Shown: piece after piece, positions 58,186 through 64,000 of the stretch
Position numbering within the stretch: the stretch's first letter is position 1
Layout: every line of letters starts with the position of its first letter
From: an uncultured bacterium
GTDB lineage: Bacteria; Babelota; Babeliae; Babelales; Vermiphilaceae
Reading direction: 5' to 3'
Length of the DNA: 64,000 nt
Assembly: GCA_963702025.1 (NCBI GenBank)
Contig: OY969699.1
Span: forward strand, 928,001 to 992,000
Translations under genes and position numbers: made by a program
Notes under the pieces: model-generated
What the model saw: the letters and a program-made list of their open reading frames with translations, nothing else
What the model was told of the DNA's origin: nothing
Databases searched by the model: none

Positions 58186-58467
58186 ATGGAAATTACAGAA
58201 GTAAAAGTATACCCGGCCAAAGAAACGGGCAGATTAAAGGCCTACGCGACGATCGTCTTTGACAACAGCTTCATTGTGCGTGACCTCAAGATTATTGAAG
58301 GCAACAAAGGTTTCTTTGTGTCAATGCCATCGCGACGCAGAAAAGATGGTACTTTTAGAGATATAGTGCATCCGCTTAACTCTGATATGCGCAAGTCTAT
58401 TGAAGAATTGGTGATCGACGAGTACAAAAAAGTTCTTGAACACGATATAGATCACGAAGAAATCTAA
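58186..58467 (+). CDS. spoVG: SpoVG family nucleic-acid-binding protein
   Basis: MEITEV, LKAYA, FVSMPSRR, FRDIVHP. Confidence 0.92.
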   Translation: MEITEVKVYPAKETGRLKAYATIVFDNSFIVRDLKIIEGNKGFFVSMPSRRRKDGTFRDIVHPLNSDMRKSIEELVIDEYKKVLEHDIDHEEI

Positions 58468-60004
58468 AAACTTTTGGGGCGTCGCCAAGTGGTAAGGCAT
58501 CGGTTTTTGGTACCGACATTCGGAGGTTCGAATCCTTCCGCCCCAGCCAATCAGGTTGATCTGATAAGTTTGCCATACTAGAAAATGGCTCTTTCAGCTC
58601 TACATGCAGAGTTTCACCATCAAGCTTCAAGTTCGAATAAAAAAATCTCAATAATCTCTGCTTTTCATCTAAATTCGAACTTTCAAACCATTCTTTTGCT
58701 TGTGTTGCAAGATCAAGTACAGTTTTTAAGTCTATTAAGCAGTTTTCATCGGTATCTACATGAGCCTGCATTTCTAACGTGATTTCCCGTTGTCTTGTCT
58801 TATATTCTTCTACTTTGGCCTTATACGTTTCGGCATCGATAGCACCATCAAGATGCATATCAACGAGCTTTGAAAGCCGACCTTGGACTTGATCCAGTTC
58901 TTTACGCAATGTTTCTTGAGAATGCTTAAAGAATTCTTGTTCATGTGCATAGGTTTGCTTCAGATAGGTAATAATGCCACTTATTTGAACATCAGATAAT
59001 TTAATACGCTCAAAGTATGCCAGCAGGACAGCAAGAATTTTTTCCTCTCTAATCCATATCTTTGTGCAGATGCCTTTTGAATTACTGCAGGCATAGTAAA
59101 CATATTTTTGTTTTTTGATGTCACCGGACACCGTGCACCCGCACCGGGCGCAGATGAGCAAGCCGCGAAGGAGAATGGGTTTACCCGCATACTGTACCGG
59201 CGATTTATGATGGCCAGCCATAACATCTTGCGCACTATTAAATAGCTCTCGAGATATAAGTGGTGGGTATTTGTGAGGGTGAAATTCTCCCTTAATTCGC
59301 ATAATGCCACAATAAAAGGGATTTTTTAGCGTAGCTTCTATTCTGCTTGGATAGATTTGATTTCCTTCAGCATTTTTAATGCCAAGTTTATTCATTTCTT
59401 GTGCAATCATTTGAAATGATTTGATACCGGTCGCATACATTTCAAACATTTTTACTACATAGGGAGCATTCACCGGATCAACTTCAATAGTTTTCTTGCC
59501 GGTTGGAAGGCTTACATTTTTATAACCAAAGGGGGCCTTAGCGCTCCATTCACCATTTTTTGCACTTTGTTCTTTGCTGCGTTTTACATTATCACTCAGC
59601 TGACGCACATAGCTTGAGGCAAAAAGTACCCCAATGTCCCACTGCAGCAGCTGGGAGCTATTCGATTGTTGATTTACAATAAGACCTTCGCGTAGAAAAT
59701 GGAGTTCCAGTTTGCCTTCTTTGCGGAGCTCATCCAATAGGGGAGTTTCACGGAAGCTTCTTTGTAACCGATCAACCGTATCAGTAATAAGTGCTATAGG
59801 TTGTTTGGCTTTTTTAACATAAGCAATGATCTGATCAAATTGTTTACGCGTATCTTTAGTTGAAGATTCAGTTATTTGAAATGTTTGCTCAACGTGCAGC
59901 TTCTTTCTTGTGGCATATTCAGTAAGCCGACGCACTTGAGAAGGAATTGATTGTCCTTCTTCTTGATCTTTATGCGAAACGCGCGCGAGTATAATAGCTT
60001 TCAT
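58397..60004 (-). CDS. Large serine recombinase (integrase)
   Basis: ARVS...SIPSQ, DRLQR, PFGY recombinase domain, CARCG...YYAC zinc ribbon, coiled coil; C-terminus reads through the tRNA antisense. Confidence 0.93.
   Translation of the reverse strand: MKAIILARVSHKDQEEGQSIPSQVRRLTEYATRKKLHVEQTFQITESSTKDTRKQFDQIIAYVKKAKQPIALITDTVDRLQRSFRETPLLDELRKEGKLELHFLREGLIVNQQSNSSQLLQWDIGVLFASSYVRQLSDNVKRSKEQSAKNGEWSAKAPFGYKNVSLPTGKKTIEVDPVNAPYVVKMFEMYATGIKSFQMIAQEMNKLGIKNAEGNQIYPSRIEATLKNPFYCGIMRIKGEFHPHKYPPLISRELFNSAQDVMAGHHKSPVQYAGKPILLRGLLICARCGCTVSGDIKKQKYVYYACSNSKGICTKIWIREEKILAVLLAYFERIKLSDVQISGIITYLKQTYAHEQEFFKHSQETLRKELDQVQGRLSKLVDMHLDGAIDAETYKAKVEEYKTRQREITLEMQAHVDTDENCLIDLKTVLDLATQAKEWFESSNLDEKQRLLRFFYSNLKLDGETLHVELKEPFSSMANLSDQPDWLGRKDSNLRMSVPKTDALPLGDAPKVFRFLRDLYRVQELFCTRRSPILQ
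58475..58549 (+). tRNA. tRNA-Gln(TTG)
   Basis: TGGGGCG/CGCCCCA acceptor stem, TCGGT-TTTTGGT-ACCGA anticodon arm, GGTTCGAATCC T-arm, encoded CCA. Confidence 0.97.
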
Positions 60005-60019
60005 GACAACAATTTTCTT

Positions 60020-60214
60020 TTATGATTTTTGTATGGTGGCTAGCAGTTGTTCTAAATCTTCTTTGTGATAGAGACGATAACGATTAAGTGGATTGCGATA
60101 TACTGATATCTTTTTTTCTTTTTCCCAGTTTCTCAGAGTGTTTTCTGATACACCGAGTAATTGAGCAGCATCTTTTATTCGCATGTATTCATTAATTTTT
60201 TTGAGCATTTGCAT
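60020..60214 (-). CDS. MerR-type HTH, probable excisionase/recombination directionality factor
   Basis: IKDAAQLLGVSENTLRNWE...YRLY; directly upstream of the integrase. Confidence 0.85.
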   Translation of the reverse strand: MQMLKKINEYMRIKDAAQLLGVSENTLRNWEKEKKISVYRNPLNRYRLYHKEDLEQLLATIQKS

Positions 60215-60274
60215 CCTTCTGTTTTGCTAATAACAAGATTACCAAGGATTGTAAAACGTTACAATTTATATTCA

Positions 60275-60325
60275 ATTTCCGATTTTCTGATTCCTATAGC
60301 AAATCAGAAAATCGGAAATCAGAAA
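60275..60325. repeat. 18-bp perfect inverted repeat with iterons; putative element origin
   Basis: atttccgattttctgatt-N9-aatcagaaaatcggaaat followed by cagaaa. Confidence 0.7.
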
Positions 60326-61831
60326 TTATCGCTTAACTAAACCGGCTTGCTTTGCTTTTTTCATTCTTGTTTCAATTTGGGATTTTGAGAGACCGGTTTG
60401 AGCCATCATTTGATTAATTGTTGCTTTTTGTCCCATCATTTGGGCGATTTCTAAAACCTCCGGATCGGTGCGGGCATTTAACATTTCCCATTTCCAGGTT
60501 CCATCATCATGCTCTTTGAGCTGAACTTGAAAAGTGATCGCGTCTTCGCCGGCAAAATGACGCGTCTTTTCAAAATGTATCTCGAAGCTTGCCCCCTGTT
60601 CAGGTTGATAGTCGTCCGGCTGCCTAAGGCTGATTACAACATCCAAAAGATCTTCTTTCTTGCTAGTACCTCTTTGTTGGCCGCTTTTACCAGCATGGTG
60701 CACAAACAAGACACATTTTCCTCTTCTGCGCAATTCCAATGCCCATTCTTGTGTGGGAAGCCAGCTCTCTGCTTCATTTTCTGACCCGCTTCTAAAAAGA
60801 GATGAAAGATTGTCGATGATGATTACGTCGCTCTCTTGAATGAATTCTTCAATGGCAGCGCGTCCTTCCTCAGTTGAAAGATTTGGCATTGCCTTTTCTT
60901 GCAGATCAGGTGTGATGAAATTTAGAAAACCTGGTGCGGGCTTTTTTTGATCTTCTGTGGTAATTTTGCGTAATCTTTCTTGCATTGAAAATGCAGGCAT
61001 TTCGCCATCGATATAGAGTACTTTCTTTGGTTCTTGAGCTGACCACTTCAAAAAACTTCCACCACTTGCAACTGCATAGGCAATTCCCAGTGCGATATGA
61101 GTTTTCCCCACGCCCCTTTTTGCATAAAGAAGTACCAGGCCCTGCGACCATAAGAAAGGAGAAAGAATCATTGCTGGCTTTGGAAGATCCAAATCTAGGA
61201 AATCATCAAATGAGATGGCTTTAACTTTGTCTGTTTGAGATTCATTTTGAATTTGGATCTCGGATATTGTTGGTACATAGTCAGGTGTATTTTTTGCGAT
61301 TTCCAGAAATCTCGATGTGGTGTTTTCTGCTTTGCTGAGCCAATCAGTTATGTCCTCTCCGTGTGATTCACGATATTCTAAGCCAGGCAAATCAACCACC
61401 CTGAGGCGTTTGACTCGGCCAGATAATTTCTTGCAGAGCATATCCCGTCTTTGAAACCCGGTCTTATCATAGTCAAAAAGAAGCACAACATCGGCATTGG
61501 CTAAAGTTTCAGTGTATTCATCCTTCCATTCAGATGAGAATGGAGCTGTAGTAGAAGGAATGAAATTCTTTAAAAGATAGTCGGCATCTTTTTCCCCTTC
61601 GACCAAATAAATCGGGTGATTCTTCTCAATTGCTTTCAGGAGCTCAGGTAATCGGTAAAGTACTTTTCTAACTCCCTGTATATTTTGTACCAAATTACCG
61701 TTTTCATCGGTGCGTTCGCACCGAAACTCTTTTTTCTTGCCCTCAGCATCTGAGTAAGTCTCAATGCGTCGTTTTTGAAATAATGTTTTGCCGGTTTCAT
61801 CTTTGTAGAGGTACACTTTGTTAGTATCCAC
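60326..61831 (-). CDS. TOPRIM primase plus AAA_25 (RecA-like) helicase
   Basis: LYRL, VEGEKDAD, FDYDKTG, DITDW; GVGKT, IDGE, IIDNLS, VHHAGK; GGAGG RBS before GTG 61831. Confidence 0.85.
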   Translation of the reverse strand: MDTNKVYLYKDETGKTLFQKRRIETYSDAEGKKKEFRCERTDENGNLVQNIQGVRKVLYRLPELLKAIEKNHPIYLVEGEKDADYLLKNFIPSTTAPFSSEWKDEYTETLANADVVLLFDYDKTGFQRRDMLCKKLSGRVKRLRVVDLPGLEYRESHGEDITDWLSKAENTTSRFLEIAKNTPDYVPTISEIQIQNESQTDKVKAISFDDFLDLDLPKPAMILSPFLWSQGLVLLYAKRGVGKTHIALGIAYAVASGGSFLKWSAQEPKKVLYIDGEMPAFSMQERLRKITTEDQKKPAPGFLNFITPDLQEKAMPNLSTEEGRAAIEEFIQESDVIIIDNLSSLFRSGSENEAESWLPTQEWALELRRRGKCVLFVHHAGKSGQQRGTSKKEDLLDVVISLRQPDDYQPEQGASFEIHFEKTRHFAGEDAITFQVQLKEHDDGTWKWEMLNARTDPEVLEIAQMMGQKATINQMMAQTGLSKSQIETRMKKAKQAGLVKR

Positions 61832-62129
61832 GGCGGCCTCCAAACTTTTTGTGAGGAAACAATTCTCTGGTTTTGATGCCGATAGCCGCGCACATTTCAT
61901 TAATGGTACAGCCTTGAGAAAAACATTTCATGAGAATAGTGCCATCTGATGCTTCACTGATAGAGAAGCTGGGATTGCGGTCATCATGCGCGGGGCAACA
62001 CATAGAATAACCACGGGAAGTTGGCTTAGGTCGAGAACCATTTTTTCTTGTAATTGCCGCAATAATTTCTTGCAGTTTTGAAGAAAGGATTTGTTGTGAA
62101 TTGTAGCAGTTTTTGCTATAATTTATCAT
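61821..62129 (-). CDS. Stand-alone primase zinc-binding (CHC2-like) domain protein
   Basis: CPAHDDRNPSFSI...MKCFSQGC. Confidence 0.8.
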   Translation of the reverse strand: MINYSKNCYNSQQILSSKLQEIIAAITRKNGSRPKPTSRGYSMCCPAHDDRNPSFSISEASDGTILMKCFSQGCTINEMCAAIGIKTRELFPHKKFGGRRGY

Positions 62130-62196
62130 ATTAAATTCCTATATTATATTGGCCGGCAGCAACCGGTCTTTTTTTTTAACTTTTTTTATCGCATTA

Positions 62197-62376
62197 TCAC
62201 TTACTGTTTTCTTTTGTTTTTTGCCCTCCACTTTCTTTCAATGCTTTTTGCTTGTGGCGTTGAGATACCTTGTATAACAAACCGAAAAATCCCAGGAGAT
62301 TCTCATTTGGGCTCTCTTGATTGGCCAGCGGGGGAATGACGAGTTTGAGGTTCTTGGGAATTCTTTGGTTCTTCAT
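62197..62376 (-). CDS. Small hypothetical protein of the element
   Basis: Co-oriented with the replication genes; NLLGFFGLLYKV; start uncertain. Confidence 0.45.
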   Translation of the reverse strand: MKNQRIPKNLKLVIPPLANQESPNENLLGFFGLLYKVSQRHKQKALKESGGQKTKENSK

Positions 62377-62547
62377 GATTAAAAGTCTGAGCCTAAAAAA
62401 AATATCCCACCTTTTTAGATTGAAAAGTTTTGCATTTGATTTATGGATCATGAATTACGCAAGTTATTTTTTGTTTTTTTTCTCGCTATCAACCAAAATT
62501 TAAGTTAAATTTGTTACTGTTTTGTAATGTTTGGGGTAGGGAATACA

Positions 62548-64000
62548 ATGAAAGAATGCTGTAAATTTGATTGTGATAAATTAAGTGCGCCTATTAGGGT
62601 GTTGAGCTATTATGTGGCTCTCTTTTATTCAGAAAAGGCTGATGATATACGATGCGAAATACTTGCCGGTAAGATATTGCCGTTGATTGAGCAGATTCGT
62701 CCTCATTTGCATAAAGAATGGCTTGAAGAAAAAGAAGAGCATGTAGATGAATCGGAATCGCTTTATGAAAAGGCGCTCTTAGATATTAAAAATGTTTTTA
62801 GCGTGTTGAGGCAGCGGGTAGTAAGCGCTGGATTGCTAGAGAACGAAAAAATTAAGCAATCCGTGTGTATCGCTGATGCTAGGTTTGAATTCCGCCCGGC
62901 AAGTGAAAATGCATTTATCAAAAATTCTCCTGCTACGGGAAAACCTGAATGGATTTGTTCTAATTGTGGGCAAAGCAAAGAAATGCATAGAGTATGGGCA
63001 CTCCCTTCATATGCCCATTGCCTGTATGAGGCAGTTCAATTTTTGTGTAATGCGCTTGTAGAGTTACGACGGGAAGATCTTATTAATGACTTTGCAGAAA
63101 TTGAATATGTTGATCGCTATCGATATGTGCCTAAGCCTCCAAAAAAAACGCTACAGGAGTATTTTTGTGCTAATTGTTGTTGGATATTCAATGACGATTC
63201 GGCTCCTAAAGATGAAGAAGGTAATCCTATTCCCTTTGATAGGCTAGATAAAAATTGGAAGCATCCTAACTGTGAAAGTCTTCTTGAGAGTTTTCGGATG
63301 TACCAAGATACAATTCTGTACAGAGAGCCTGTCCTATTCGGATTAACTTTTTTTGTATCTTTGAGAAAATTTGAAGATCATAGAAACCTTCTTATAACGG
63401 TGAATAAAAAGCCTTCTGAAATCCCGACTTGGGTAGCATATGAAACCATTTGGCGTATCCAGTGGGCTCTAGAAACTCCGCGTGATTATTTTAGAAAAAA
63501 AGGACTATGCTTTAAAAATCCAAGTTCAGTGACATGTGAAAAAAGTGCTTCAGTATTGGGGCAGCATAGTTTATGGAGTGAAGTAAAAACTTCCCAAAAC
63601 AAAAATCGAAATAAGAATAAAAAGAAACGCAAATATACTTTTATAGGTGCAGATAACAAACCTATAGAACTTTCTGCTGTTAAAGATGTACCTTTTTTTC
63701 TTGATAAAGAACGAGTTAATCAAAGCTTATCAATCGTGCTTAAGGAAATAGGAGCTCCGCTTGAAGGAATATCTTGCGACTGTGACTATACGTTTCCTAG
63801 AAATATTGAATTAGGGTTTGAGGGTGAATATCGTTTATGTCTAAGTATAGAATGGGTGCCAGGCATATTTGAAATCTTACAATTGCATTCATTTCAGTTT
63901 AGTGATGCAAACATTAGACATGATTTTATTAAAAAGCTTTATAATAATCCCGGAATCCTTGTTAAAAACCCTTTAGATGTTTACGGCATTAATGCGAAGC
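62548..64000 (+). CDS. Partial large hypothetical protein with CxxC and rubredoxin-like motifs (runs off window end)
   Basis: ATG 62548, open for at least 484 codons; WICSNCG and YFCANCCWIF...PFDRLDKNWKHPNC; absent from the ORF track. Confidence 0.75.
   Translation, partial: MKECCKFDCDKLSAPIRVLSYYVALFYSEKADDIRCEILAGKILPLIEQIRPHLHKEWLEEKEEHVDESESLYEKALLDIKNVFSVLRQRVVSAGLLENEKIKQSVCIADARFEFRPASENAFIKNSPATGKPEWICSNCGQSKEMHRVWALPSYAHCLYEAVQFLCNALVELRREDLINDFAEIEYVDRYRYVPKPPKKTLQEYFCANCCWIFNDDSAPKDEEGNPIPFDRLDKNWKHPNCESLLESFRMYQDTILYREPVLFGLTFFVSLRKFEDHRNLLITVNKKPSEIPTWVAYETIWRIQWALETPRDYFRKKGLCFKNPSSVTCEKSASVLGQHSLWSEVKTSQNKNRNKNKKKRKYTFIGADNKPIELSAVKDVPFFLDKERVNQSLSIVLKEIGAPLEGISCDCDYTFPRNIELGFEGEYRLCLSIEWVPGIFEILQLHSFQFSDANIRHDFIKKLYNNPGILVKNPLDVYGINAK

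Larger units (their letters stand above)
58550..64000. mobile_element. Integrative satellite- or prophage-like element at tRNA-Gln (other end outside the window)
   Basis: Serine integrase abutting the tRNA 3' end, excisionase-like HTH, primase-helicase module. Confidence 0.85.

Noticed and set aside
54901..58467. murF-rsmH order and presence of spoVG
   Set aside because: Rearranged dcw fragments and SpoVG outside Firmicutes are known; no further signal here.
61840..61856. Possible programmed -1 frameshift (C AAA AAG) fusing the Zn finger to TOPRIM
   Set aside because: The downstream ORF is in the +1 frame, the heptamer is imperfect, and a good RBS plus GTG explains independent initiation.

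Overview
AT-rich bacterial chromosome segment with the gene content of a host-dependent intracellular bacterium, most consistent with Candidatus Dependentiae (TM6/Babelota); this taxonomy is inferred from gene style only. Housekeeping genes (argS, mnmA, pgsA-like, ssb, grpE, lepA, gyrA, dprA, rpmF, gltX, fabD-like, acpP, uppP, ftsK, murF, rsmH, spoVG, tRNA-Gln) are interleaved with about 30 signal-peptide proteins. These include ankyrin, F-box+ankyrin, SET, Josephin-like, AAA+, methyltransferase, chagasin, HopA1/OspF-like and beta-barrel proteins. Two patterns stand out. (1) In 18 otherwise unrelated exported proteins the signal peptide ends in [G/A/S/P]-Met-x, mostly Met-Glu or Met-Gln. This suggests a shared export or host-mimicry tag that leaves a eukaryote-like Met N-terminus after cleavage. 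(2) A palindromic hairpin repeat family (17 copies at 9 loci, with a conserved GAG...CGA core and covarying stems) occurs both between genes and as in-frame insertions in argS and grpE. The window ends in a satellite-like integrative element at tRNA-Gln (serine integrase reading through the tRNA, excisionase, split primase-helicase, putative ori). All calls come from reading motifs by eye; no database searches were run.
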